Part shown: piece after piece, positions 34,868 through 47,358 of the stretch
Layout of the letters: the number at the start of each line of letters is the position of its first letter
Numbering within the stretch: the stretch's first letter is position 1
Assembly: GCA_054600435.1 (NCBI GenBank)
Contig: BAAIJX010000036.1
Coordinates: 124,001-188,000, forward strand
DNA from: Neophaeotheca triangularis
Taxonomy: Eukaryota
Length of the DNA: 64,000 bases
Direction of reading: 5' to 3'
Program-made: the position numbers and the translations under genes
The notes under the pieces: generated by a model
Told to the model about the DNA's origin: nothing
Seen by the model: only the letters and a program-made list of their open reading frames with translations
Databases searched by the model: none

Positions 34868-37071
34868 ATGCGCTTCCTCCACCACATCCGCCCCAAGCCC
34901 GGAAACAACACCACCGGCCCCGGCGACTCCGACTCTAACTCCTCCCACCGCGTCAACGACAAAGACCCTGTCTCAGCCCTCCACCACGAAACCGACTCAA
35001 CGCACAATGGCCAGCCAACCAAATTCAAAGTCTCTAAAGCCGGGGACGGCGACGTGGCAATGGGACTTTTCGACTCGCCAGACGAATTGCAAGCGCCTGT
35101 TTCCGAGGAAGAGGAGGCGAAGGTGGTGCGCAAGATTGATTATATGATCTTGCCATATTTGGCTGTTTGCTACGCGTTTTTCTACAGTGAGTACCTGAGT
35201 TTTGGGTAGAGGGGTCGAGCGTTTTTCTTTACTATTTCTTTTCCTTCTTCTTTGGGTGGTGGTGGAAGTTTGCTGACGGCTGGTGTTTGCAGTTGATAAG
35301 ACTACGCTTTCGTATGCGGCAATTTTTGGTATTAGGGAGGATTTGGAACTCGTGGGCACTCAATACAGCTGGTGAGAGACACTTCACAAACACCCTGTTC
35401 CCTTTCTCTCTCGCAACAAGCTCTCCTCGGCATACTTTGTCGATTTTGCGCTGTTTCTTCAGACTCCACTCAAGCCGCATACCTCACAACAACCCAGACT
35501 CGATATCCTTGGACGGACATTGCTCACACCATGGCAGGCTCTCGAGCATCTTCTACTTCGGCTTTCTCGCATGGGCGTTTCCAACAAACTATTTGTTACA
35601 GCGCCTTCCCGTAGGCAGATACCTAGGCTTCAACATCTTCCTCTGGGGCGCCTTCCTCATGATCCAAGCCGCCGCGACTAATTTCGCCGGACTGGCCGCC
35701 ATGAGAGCTCTCGGCGGGGCTGCTGAAGCGTGCTCCGACCCGGCTTTCATGTTGATCACTAGCATGTGGTACACCAGACGTCAACAGCCCATTCGCATGG
35801 GGCTTTGGTACACGGCTAATGGTCTTGGCATCGCTCTCGGCGGGCTTTTGGGTTTTGGTATCGGGCATTTGAAGGGGGCTTTGCCTTCGTGGTGCGTACG
35901 GACATGGCGTTGTCGAAAAGTAGCCGGAAAAATATCGTTTTGTTGCTGACAACACTCCAGGAAATACGAGTTCCTGGTCATCGGAGCGCTCTGTTCGGCC
36001 TGGGGAGTTGTCATGTACATATTCTTGCCTGACAGGTAAGATTTCCCGCGTAGTAAGTGGCTTAGTCCATGACTGACAAGTTCACAGCCCCGTCACAGCC
36101 AAAGGCCTCAACAACAGAGAGAAGCGTATTGCCATTGAGAGGCTCCGTGAGAATCAGACTGGCATTGAGAATAAGCACTTTAAACTCTACCAGGCTAAGG
36201 AGGCTTTTCTGGATATCAAGCTTTACCTCTTCTTCCTCCTGGGAGTGGTCGGGAATATCCCTAATGGATAAGTCAACACCGCAACACCCCTTACATGTAT
36301 GCAATCATACTGATCAACCTCTACCGGTATTAGTAACTTCGGAACCATTATCATCAAAGGCTTCGGATTCTCAACCCTGGTAACAACGCTAATGCAAATC
36401 CCTTACGGCGTGCTCATTATCCTGTCGATCCTGTCCTGCGTGTACCTCAACGACTACTACTCGAGGAAAGAGGCGCAGACGAGGTGCTACTTCATCCTGC
36501 TCTACCTCGTCCCCAATATCATCGGCTCGTTCCTGCTCCGCTTCCTAGCCTACGACAACAAGGGGGGCCGACTGGGGGCCTATTACCTTACAGGCCCATA
36601 CAACGCAGCTTTCGTCATGATCCTGTCCATGACTACGGCTAATACGGCAGGGCATACCAAAAAGGTCATCACGAATGGTGAGTTTTCCCAGCCCTAACGC
36701 CCCTCACCTACTAATACCTACGCAGCCTGCTTATTCCTCGGTTATGCCGCGGGTAATATTGCGGGGCCCTTCTTCTACAAAGAATCCAGTGCGCCCGAGT
36801 ATCCTCTAGGAATTTGGAGCATGATTGTGAGCCATTTAATCGAAGTGGTCGTAATTCTCATCCTGCGGTTCCATCTGGCCCGGGAGAACAAGAGGCGAGA
36901 CCGTGTGCAGAGTATGCAAGAAGGGGGTCTCGAAGGCCGTGATCTAGACGCTACTGCTTTTAGCGATATGACGGTAAGTTTCGGATTGTGCAATTCTGGT
37001 GTGATGATGGGCTGGTCGCTGACTTTTGGCTGCAGGATCGGGAGAATTTGAATTTTAGGTACATCTATTAG
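34868..37071 (+). CDS. MFS allantoate/dipeptide permease (Dal5/ACS family), eight exons
   Basis: VVRKIDYMILPYLAVCY, DKTTLSYAAIFG, SMWYTRRQQPIR, ANTAGHTKK and ENKRRD...DRENLNFRYIY*. Introns at 35187-35292, 35372-35537, 35892-35960, 36036-36087, 36268-36324 (AT-AC), 36678-36725 and 36974-37035. Confidence 0.92.
36268..36324 (+). other. Non-canonical AT-AC spliceosomal intron (57 nt)
   Basis: AATGG|ATAAGT...ACTGAT...CTCTAC|CGGTATT. Removal restores GNIPNGGISNFGTIIIKGFGF, while retention gives an immediate TAA. Confidence 0.85.
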
Positions 37072-38775
37072 AGGGATGGAGGTGGTCTATGAGAGGATGA
37101 AACCTTGAGACGCTGCAAATCTTGACCAGAGAAGAATTCTCGGGTCCTTTCTTTGTTGCGCTTCAGGGGTCATCACGTCATGGGAGGCAGCGCGCCGATC
37201 AAGCGCAGCTGCAGCGACCAAGGGACTAAAAGCCTGCAGAGCAACGCTTCGCCCGGGAGCGTGGCTGTGGATGCCGGAGCGACGCTCATTCATGGCCCTG
37301 GCTCTTTACGAGGCAGAGTTGTCTCGACTTCGAGTCGGAGTCAAGCTGCTACTCCTTTGCTCACCTGAATGTGCTCAGCAATCATCGGGAGTGGGGCGAA
37401 TGTCACGCGAAGCCTTTCATGCTAGCGTCTCGAGAATCATCACGAACAATTGCCATGTGCTAGACAAGTACCGCTTGCCATGTGCAGTCAGCTTGGCTCT
37501 TCTACTTATAGGTCACCTTTGGACGTTCGTTCCGTTTGTGGGCGAATATGGAACCACCGAGCTGAAAACAATGTGCTCACTCTCGCTTGCGCCGTCAACT
37601 CTGACGTGCACGACCTAGCGCACACCCCCTGCAGCCGCCGAGAGCATGCCAAAACCACCACTCGCTCCCCAAGCCTAGCGTCCCTGGCTTGTCGACTCGT
37701 CCAAACGGCCTTACTCTCGACCCCCCAAGCGTACCGCCCGACTCCCTCTTTTCAGCTACCCCAAGCCCAACCCCCCCGCGCCCGCGTGCCTCGAAGTAGT
37801 TGGCATTGTTCCTGGATCAGTTCCTTAGCACGGTTTCTGACAGGGTTTTAAATACCAAGATCAGAGCCGACGGTTTCTTTCACGCAGGACTCCACGAGAG
37901 CTTCACGAGCTCCCGCATCCAGGAACATTCAGACGATGCATTTCCAACGCTAAACAGAACGAGGGTCGCAGCGCTCCTTGCACCAACGACAACATTTGCC
38001 GGCCCCGCGTGGAAGAGACCAGCGCCGTTCAGTGTATGCTCATGTGAAAGGCGAAGGGGGCCACGGCCACAGCGGCGATGTCGAAGCTGCGAGTTAAGCT
38101 CGCTCCTTGTTCATGAGCTGGTAGAGGGCGCGTTTGAGAAACTTTTGCAGACTTATTCGTGGGCCACTCGAGAGCGTGCAAGCCTCTGGTTGTCTTTCTG
38201 GGGTTCGCCTGCCCGGTGCTAGAAACCTCTCCGCTAACCTCCGAAGCCGCGTGTTGAAGCGGGTGTCCGAAGCGCTTGAAAGGGCGTGCCTGACTACCTG
38301 AGATGGGCTCGATGAATTGCTGGGAGGTATCCAGAAAGCGTCGGTTCTGGGTGGTATGATACTTTTCTGGCGGTGAGCAGTGTTCAGGTAACGGTAGAAG
38401 CTGAGATGGCTATTGCTCCTTTCATGGGTTCTCGTATATCTTGCCTTCGTTGTCTGAATGCTTCATTACTTGCCTCGTCTGTGATATTGAAATGTCTGTG
38501 CTTCAAATTCATCTTGCAATCAGACCAGGAAAGAGCGATGCTGCAGAGCGATGCACATGGTCAACGTACACCACTGTTTCTTGATACAGATGAAGTGAAG
38601 TTGTGTATTCTGAGCTCCATGCCTTGGATAGACAACAAAAGTTACAGGCTCTCCTTGCCTAGCCATTTCTTCGGATACCCGGTATTAACTCCGTGGAGAT
38701 ACCTCCTTTCCCCAAAGCACACCAACGCCTCGCATGCATGCAGCAACAAAACAGCAGCCTTCTTATACAGCATCC

Positions 38776-39984
38776 CTACCGCCCCTCCTCCAACTCGTTC
38801 AAGTGCCTCTTGAACCGCTCCGCCTTCGCCTTGAGTAATCTCACCGAATCCAAGAAAAGCTCATCGCTGTCGAACTGCCCGCTGCTCTCGACGCCGAAGA
38901 TGAAGTGATCCCTTATCCTGCCCAGCTTTACCCTTTCCGCAAGGTCGGGATACCTGAGTACCTCCCTGCTGACCGTGTCCTTCATGGGATCAAGTACAAC
39001 AGCCTTGTCTTGACCTGTTTCTTGATCCTTCTCCAACCCTATCACACCCTTGGGGAAGCAGCGCTTGAACTTGTGCGCCATGGGACCCAGGATCGGCTGC
39101 GTGATCTTGATATCCGGCAGTAGACGGTAGGAAGCCGTCGCGACTGGTGAAAATTTTGCGTGGTCCTTCCCGATTCCCTTGATGCAGTGGCATTCGAGCT
39201 GGATGTGTTGGCCCGGCCGCATCTTCGCTACTAGAATACCTCGATCGCCTGTCATGCTCGCCTCTTTCCGCACAGGTCTGATGGCAGTCTCGGGTGTGCC
39301 AAAGTAGTTGCCTTGCTGTCCCCGGGGCTCGAATTGTAGGCTTTCGGCATAGACGGAGCTGTTGACGTAGCGCTCGGCGGGATCGGTGCTGCCGTCGCGG
39401 GCTAGCTGTTTGCCGTCACGGCCGTCTTGATCCATGGTGGCCCAGCGGCAGGTGATGTCCAGGGTTAGGACAATGGTATTATAGTCTGTGGGCTTGCGCG
39501 CATCGTCGCCGCCTTCGGTGTCTGCGTCGTACAAGGCGAGGGCAGCGTAGTCGTCTTTGGGAGGGGGCTTCTTGAACCAGCGCATCCATCTCAAGCCTTC
39601 CTTGCCGCCAGTGAGGGGTATGAGGCCGAGACGGTGGCAGAGCACTTCGTCCTGGATGATGGAGGTGTTGTCTGATATGTAGATGTCTTCAATCGCGAGC
39701 GTGGGTATTTCTGCCAGTAGAATTCGTCGGAAAGCGTTCGCGATCGAGGCATCGAGGCCGATGAGGGAGAAGGAGGCGTCGAGAGGGTCGTTCTTGTGGA
39801 AGTTGATAGTGAGGTTGTTCTTGAAGCGTTCGAGGTTCCAGCTATCGTCTTGCGCCGGTCCATAGTGGCCTGGGATATCGTTGCTGGCGACGTCGGTGAC
39901 GATCTCCGGGTGGACGTTGACAACTCGTCGAGCCTCGAGCTGCTCTTGGGTGAGCGGCGCCCATGCTGCCGTGCGGCCTGGCAT
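38776..39984 (-). CDS. RPC40: RNA polymerase I/III shared subunit AC40
   Basis: DASIANAFRRILLAEIPTLAIE, NTSIIQDEVLCHRLGLIP, KMRPGQ and GIGKDHAKFSPVATASYRLLP. Confidence 0.95.
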   Translation of the reverse strand: MPGRTAAWAPLTQEQLEARRVVNVHPEIVTDVASNDIPGHYGPAQDDSWNLERFKNNLTINFHKNDPLDASFSLIGLDASIANAFRRILLAEIPTLAIEDIYISDNTSIIQDEVLCHRLGLIPLTGGKEGLRWMRWFKKPPPKDDYAALALYDADTEGGDDARKPTDYNTIVLTLDITCRWATMDQDGRDGKQLARDGSTDPAERYVNSSVYAESLQFEPRGQQGNYFGTPETAIRPVRKEASMTGDRGILVAKMRPGQHIQLECHCIKGIGKDHAKFSPVATASYRLLPDIKITQPILGPMAHKFKRCFPKGVIGLEKDQETGQDKAVVLDPMKDTVSREVLRYPDLAERVKLGRIRDHFIFGVESSGQFDSDELFLDSVRLLKAKAERFKRHLNELEEGR

Positions 39985-40296
39985 ATTTATGTTGTTTCGA
40001 AGTAATTGTTGCGTATATCTTTCAAAACTGCAACATGCCTTCCCTTTCAGGCCGAGCAGACCTTCAAAAGTTCCAGGGCTAAGCTTTCAATGTGGGGAAA
40101 GGTAACTTTTTCTGCCAATAGCAACAGCGCTAAACCTGATGAGAGGCAGCCCATGCGGCTCACGGCTAATTCCTCGACGACATCACCGTTTCGCCCGCGT
40201 CCATGTCCACCTCGATCTGAATCTCATACCACGCCCCCGGTCATCACCACTCTCCACCCTCCTCTCCATATCAATCACCTGCCAAATCCCATCGCC

Positions 40297-41780
40297 ATGG
40301 CAGCTCCTTTCACTCGCCTGGCCTTCAATGGCGCGAAGCGTCAATGTTTGCGCCCCCAGCGCTCCTCCCTCGCCACCCCTCTCCGGACTCAGACACGCTG
40401 CCTCTCGAGCACCCCCGCCCGCCGCTACGCTGATGTCGAGCCCAATCCGAACGCCACGAGGCTGATTCCTGTCGACCCCAACTTCGGACACCCGGTCAAC
40501 CCAGACAAGATGGGCATGAACCAGGCGAACGACAAGGCCGACTCTCCCGAAGACCGCAAGATTAGACACTACACTGTCAACTTCGGCCCTCAGCACCCGG
40601 CAGCTCACGGTGTGTTGCGGTTGATTTTGGAGCTGAACGGCGAGGAGATTATTCGCGCGGACCCGCACGTTGGGCTGCTGCACCGTGGTACGGAGAAGTT
40701 GATCGAGTACAAGACATACCTTCAAGCCCTTCCGTACTTTGACCGTCTGGACTATGTCAGCATGATGACAAATGAGCAGTGCTTCTCGCTGGCAGTGGAG
40801 AAGCTTTTGAACATTGAGGTACCGGAGAGGGCAAAGTGGATCAGGACACTGTTTGGTGAAATCACTAGGATCTTGAACCATCTGATGTCGGTTTTGTCGC
40901 ACGCAATGGACGTGGGAGCTCTCACACCTTTCCTTTGGGGTTTCGAGGAGCGTGAGAAGCTCATGGTACATCTTTCCGGCACCTTCTACAGCGCATAGCA
41001 TTGGACTAACAGCCTATCTAGGAATTCTACGAACGTGTATCCGGCGCCCGTATGCACGCCGCTTATGTCCGCCCCGGTGGCGTTGCCCAGGACTTGCCCC
41101 AAGGTCTCTTGGACGACATCTACCAATGGGCAACCCAGTTCGCCGACCGCGTTGACGAGACCGAGGAGCTTCTCACGGACAACCGTATCTGGATCGGCCG
41201 TACCAAAGGCGTAGGTGTTGTCCCCGCCGCCGATGCGCTTAACTACTCCTTCACCGGCCCCATGCTCCGCGGCTCTGGTGTCCCATGGGACGTCCGCAAG
41301 AGCCAGCCCTACGATGCCTACGACCAGGTTGAGTTCGACGTTCCTGTGGGCGTCAACGGCGACTGCTACGACCGCTACCTCTGCCGTATGGAAGAATTCA
41401 GGCAAAGTCTGCGCATCATCCACCAGTGCTTGAACAAGATGCCCGCCGGCCCCATCAAGGTCGAAGACTACAAGATCGCTCCCCCGCCGAGAGCTGCCAT
41501 GAAGGAGAACATGGAGGCCCTTATCCACCACTTCTTGCTCTACAGCAAGGGGTACACCGTCCCTCCCGGTGAGACTTACAGCGCCATTGAGGCGCCCAAG
41601 GGCGAGATGGGTGTCTTCGTCGTCAGCGACGGCAGCGAGAGGCCGTACCGCTGCAAGATTCGCGCCCCTGGTTTCGCGCATCTCGGCGGTTTCGACCAGG
41701 TCAGCAGAGGTCATCTTTTGGCTGACGCTGTCGCCATCATTGGTACGATGGACTTGGTGTTTGGTGAGGTTGACCGGTAA
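40297..41780 (+). CDS. NDUFS2: NADH:ubiquinone oxidoreductase 49 kDa subunit (NDUFS2/NuoD), mitochondrial
   Basis: Arg-rich presequence, [23 protein letters not shown] and a C-terminal DLVFGEVDR*. Intron 40966-41021. Confidence 0.96.
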
Positions 41781-42717
41781 ACCAAGAGTAGCAGCAGGGT
41801 AGGGGTTCAAGGGAGTGTAGCATCTGTATATACCTGGCGTTTTGTGGCGCTTTAGTTTCGAGGTTGCAGTTGCAAAGGGGTGATGGGCAGACTGTACAGC
41901 TTGTCTAAGTAGAGTCGCATCATAGCATGAGTATTCCTATTTTGTAGTAGAACGACTTCTTGTGTTTTGGTATTGCTCAATGCTCAAAGTGGTGGTCGGT
42001 GCCGTACTAAAGGCTCGACAGTGACGATCAATACTAGAAAAACAATAAAAATGTCGGAACTAAGTATGCATTATTACGGCGTTCCTAGCTTCGCATCTAT
42101 CCTATTCAAGGTAAGTTGAGAGAAGGGGAACAAAGGTGATTAGAGCGTGAAAGAAGCGTAATTAGAGCGTGATTACAGCGAGAATGGAGCGAGAATGGAA
42201 AGTGAATGACAGCGAAAAACAGCCCACAGCTAGCGCGCTCTGTCCACAGGCCAATCAGCCAAATTCTCGAGATAAGCCAACATCAGGTGATCGGGTCGGG
42301 GCCGTAAATACTCCCACTTCAACCACGTCAGATACAAAAGTAAAACAGTACAAAGCAATATGGATGCTCGTTCTGGCGCGGTCGGGACTACCTCCGAAAT
42401 TGGTTCTCAAGTCCCGATGGGACGATTCTTCCCAAAGAGATCAATCATCCAATCAAAGTCGATAAATCCATACAGCTAGTCAGCTACAACACCAATACCA
42501 CGGTAAGCCAACCCCAGCGACACGGTAAGCTCTTGCGAGGACATTCTAGATTCTCATTCCACTTAAGTAGTTCCAACTCTACTCCAAATGCTTGCCGCAT
42601 CTCGATCACAAATCGATGCAGCGATAGATCCGGAAGCCAGAATCACACAGCCAAACTCTGCCGCTCCGAACAATTCCATTCGTCTTGATCTTCACACCCA
42701 GCGAAGTTAAAAGCAAA

Positions 42718-43164
42718 ATGACCGAACCTGCGACTGGCTTCGAACCGTGTGAATGCGGCAGCACTGTCTCATCGCTTATGCGGAGTTTCTGGCTTCCAGA
42801 ATTTTTCCGACGCTACGCTTGCAAATGCGAGACTAATGTGGCTGGGAAGTTCATCAGAGCCGTGATAGACCAAGAAAATAAGGACGGAGGACTCTGCAGT
42901 AGAGGACTCCGGTTGCTACCGCCTCAGCCGGCCGTTCCGGTACCACGGTACGCTGCCAATAGCCGCCAGTCCGGCCTGCCCAGTGAGCCCATCGTGGATC
43001 AGGATTGTATTTGTAGTCGCTGCGTAGCCACGAGGCGGCGGTACGAAATAGCATTGCAGGAATGGCGGCTTGAGGAGGCGCGGAGGATTCATGACCAGCT
43101 TACTGCGCAGAGGCAAAGGCGGAATCGGAGGGATAGTGCGTGTTTGGGGCCATGGCTTGGGTGA
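42718..43164 (+). CDS. Hypothetical orphan protein with spaced Cys pairs
   Basis: AAAATG start, 148 aa, with CECG, CKC and CICSRC motifs. No family recognised. Confidence 0.4.
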   Translation: MTEPATGFEPCECGSTVSSLMRSFWLPEFFRRYACKCETNVAGKFIRAVIDQENKDGGLCSRGLRLLPPQPAVPVPRYAANSRQSGLPSEPIVDQDCICSRCVATRRRYEIALQEWRLEEARRIHDQLTAQRQRRNRRDSACLGPWLG

Positions 43165-43447
43165 TTGTGACAGAGCTGAGATTTGGATTTGGAACCGTGA
43201 GCATTTCTTGTTGGCGGTATGATGGCTCGGGTTTCGGTCAGCAGAGTCTTGGGATTACTTATTTGGCTGCACTGGGGAGGTTGTTTATTGATTAACTTGC
43301 TGCGTACCAATTCTTCAAAACGATCTCGAACCCGTATTGGTGGTGAGGAGTGGTATTTTACCACCTCATCAGTGTTCTGTCTTTTTTTTTCAAGACAATG
43401 TGTATCAGGGTTCTAAACGATCGTCTTGCCTGCAGACCTCGACAGTG

Positions 43448-44125
43448 ATGGAGCAGGATTACATGATCGAGATGCCTTACCCACCTGATCCTGACTGGGG
43501 CCACTCGAAATTACGCAAGTCACGCTGGCAACGCAAGAGGCCTCGCAAGATGGTGCCGTGGCCACCTTACAGCTGCATACCTCCTGGTTACTCGATAGAC
43601 GGTTGTCGCAGCTTCCAGGAGCTTCTCGAGAAGCGGCAGAACAGTCCGCTCAATATCACCCGACCGGTCTTCTGGTGGAGAATCAAGCACGAGATCTTGA
43701 GAGTGTTAGCTAGATATGAGGAGCAAAGGGAGTCGAAGTCGATGAAGGCGAAGGGGAAATTGGCACTGAGGAAAGAGAAGGATAAGAGGGCATGGTTTCA
43801 ATTTCGGAGAGTTTACCAAGGCGATAGCAAGGTCGACACGAAAGAATCGGCATCCGAGAGCGTCATGCGGGACCGAAACCATACAAACTGGCTGGAAGCA
43901 AGTTTTAAGAGCGACGAGCAACTTGACATGGACGCCTACAGGGCCGAGATGGAGGCGGAGATTGTCGCGCTGAAGCAGGAAAAGCGTGATTGTCTCGAGG
44001 AGAACGAACAAGCTCGAAGGGTGATTGCTCGTCAAAGAAGACAGATAGAAGATCTGAGGAGCGAGCGAGCGGATAGTATGGACTATGATAGCATCTTTCG
44101 GGCGTGGACGGACGGCGATGATTAG
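43448..44125 (+). CDS. Hypothetical orphan protein with a basic N-terminus and C-terminal coiled coil
   Basis: 225-aa ORF ending in heptad-like YRAEMEAEIVALKQEKRDCLEENEQARRVIARQRRQIEDLRSE. Confidence 0.55.
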   Translation: MEQDYMIEMPYPPDPDWGHSKLRKSRWQRKRPRKMVPWPPYSCIPPGYSIDGCRSFQELLEKRQNSPLNITRPVFWWRIKHEILRVLARYEEQRESKSMKAKGKLALRKEKDKRAWFQFRRVYQGDSKVDTKESASESVMRDRNHTNWLEASFKSDEQLDMDAYRAEMEAEIVALKQEKRDCLEENEQARRVIARQRRQIEDLRSERADSMDYDSIFRAWTDGDD

Positions 44126-44468
44126 AACCCCTTGAGGATGGTGAATGTCGTATGGCTGTGAGGAGATTGCCGGTGGTATACTGATCGACCGGATGGGTTA
44201 CGTTCGTAAGGATCTCTGACTCCTGTATGCATTATGAATGCCTCCGTTTCGATGGAGTAAGTGAAGAAGTCTGAGGAAGTGGAGTTGAACATGGGCGCGA
44301 GTCAGTACGTCGGCGATCTGCCGCCAGCCGCGCTCAACAACGTGGGGTTTGGTGGCATTGGTGGTGCCATTGTTGCTGCTGCCGTTTATTTTCCAGAAGC
44401 GAAAGAAACACCGCCTTTTTCTTGTATCTGCTTCACCTCTTCCATATACCCTCGCCTCAGCCACCTGA

Positions 44469-45829
<1,361 letters not shown>

Positions 45830-46299
45830 GCTCCGCTTGGCACTAGCGTAGACGATGTATGCGACACGATGAATTCGCCACGACCACGGAGGAGGCAGGG
45901 CGCTCTTCGAGTGTCGATGCATTGCTTCACCAGCATAATGAGAGGTTTTCCGCTTTCTACAACTATCATCCACCAATTGATAGGTTTCGACGCTCTTTGA
46001 GCTTCGCAAGATGTACATTCTGGGACAGCTTTGATTCATTCGGGCCAACAGCTTGACTTGGCCTTCCCAGGAGCCCGACTACGCTAGTAGCAGTGGCGGT
46101 ACGTCGACAGTGGCATGGTAGATTTATGCGGTCTTGCCTCGTTGGCGGACTTCCGTAAGTTTTTAGGAGTACATATCTCCTAGCGGTCTAGACTCTGGAC
46201 TAGCTGAAAAGCCTCTCCTATACACGGTGCGAATCATCCCCATGAAATCACCATCCTTAGTACTCGACATTCCCCTCCCATCGAGCCCGAAAACACTGA

Positions 46300-46600
46300 A
46301 TACAATCCTCAGACTGATCATATCCAACAATATCATTGAAACCCCGATCATCGAAAGCCTGGCCATTGAAGCGGTGATTCCAAAGCCCCAAAAGGCGCTC
46401 CGCCAACTTCGACCCCGCCATTTGGACAAGATGGCGCCTGTGTGGGCGGTCGAGCTGCTGCATTTCGGCGCTATAGCGTGACTGTTGTCGTTACAGAGCC
46501 AGACCTCATTGCGGTAGGAACAGGAGACCCGCACGCACTTCTTCGCTTTGACGCCGCAGTCGCCTTTGTGAGCGGAGGTATCTCGCCTGATTCTGCAAGT
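46300..46600 (-). pseudogene. Frameshifted remnant of a secreted Cys-rich fungal protein gene
   Basis: YLRS, KGDCGVKAKKCVRVSCSYRNEVWLCNDNSHAIAPKC and GQAFDDRGFNDIVGYDQSEDC are separated by frame changes. There are upstream stops and no intact signal peptide. Confidence 0.6.
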
Positions 46601-47358
46601 TGGAGCGTTGGCCAGTAGCTACTTCTCAATTATTTGATGGTGTCCCTGGCAGTCATTTAGACATTGGAGGGGACGGCGCATGCAACCCCAGGTTCGAGCA
46701 GTCGCCATCACGCTGCTCAAAGGGTTCATTGCCGTAGAGTAGATGGTATCGTATTACCCCCGGGGCTAGACTTTGGCTCGAGCGATAGGAAATTCAGGCA
46801 GGCTGTCTTGACTCGCACAGCAATTGAAGTATCTCAATCAGTATGCTGCCATCGGTATGGCTCTTGTGGGCTATGTCCCTGGTAGATTTTGTGGCTGCGA
46901 CTTTCGCGTCGCTTTTGACTCCAATCTCAGTCATTCGCCAATCGCGCCCTCTGGAGACCCATGGCGGTGAATCGCAAGCAGCTACATTATACCAGGGACG
47001 AATAAAGCTTGAGGTGAGGTTTGTGTTCAATGGCGGTGCACGGACCCCGATGCGCTTATCGATTAAGCTTGCTGTCGCTCCGGACTTTACCCGGCGCTAG
47101 CATTCGCGAAAAGTTACCAGCAAGCTTCCGTTTCCCAAAAGTTCACCTCTCCACCTACCACCTCTTCCACGCGTCTTTCTCTTCTTCTACACTCTCTCCA
47201 TACCGCTGGAGAGCTCACTAACCGAAGCAGATACCAAACACAACTCATCAGTGGTGAGTATCTCAACCATGGAGGGCTCACAAAGGAGGCTAACCGACAT
47301 GGAGAAGGACCAGAGAAGGCGCGAACGTGAATCTGCGCCACGTACACCTGCAGACGGA

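Noticed and set aside
36268..36324. Interpreting the AT-AC intron as U12-type
   Set aside because: It lacks the ATATCCTT donor and TCCTTAAC branch consensus. Its signals are U2-like.
37450..38700. Several medium ORFs between the permease and RPC40
   Set aside because: No consistent strand, splice pattern or family motif. At most an unidentifiable relic.
47014..47230. A second upstream intron plus a 23-nt microexon for SNU114
   Set aside because: The signals exist (GTGAGG, CTAAC, CAG), but the CT-rich tract at 47140-47200 looks like the core promoter, so the donor is probably not transcribed.
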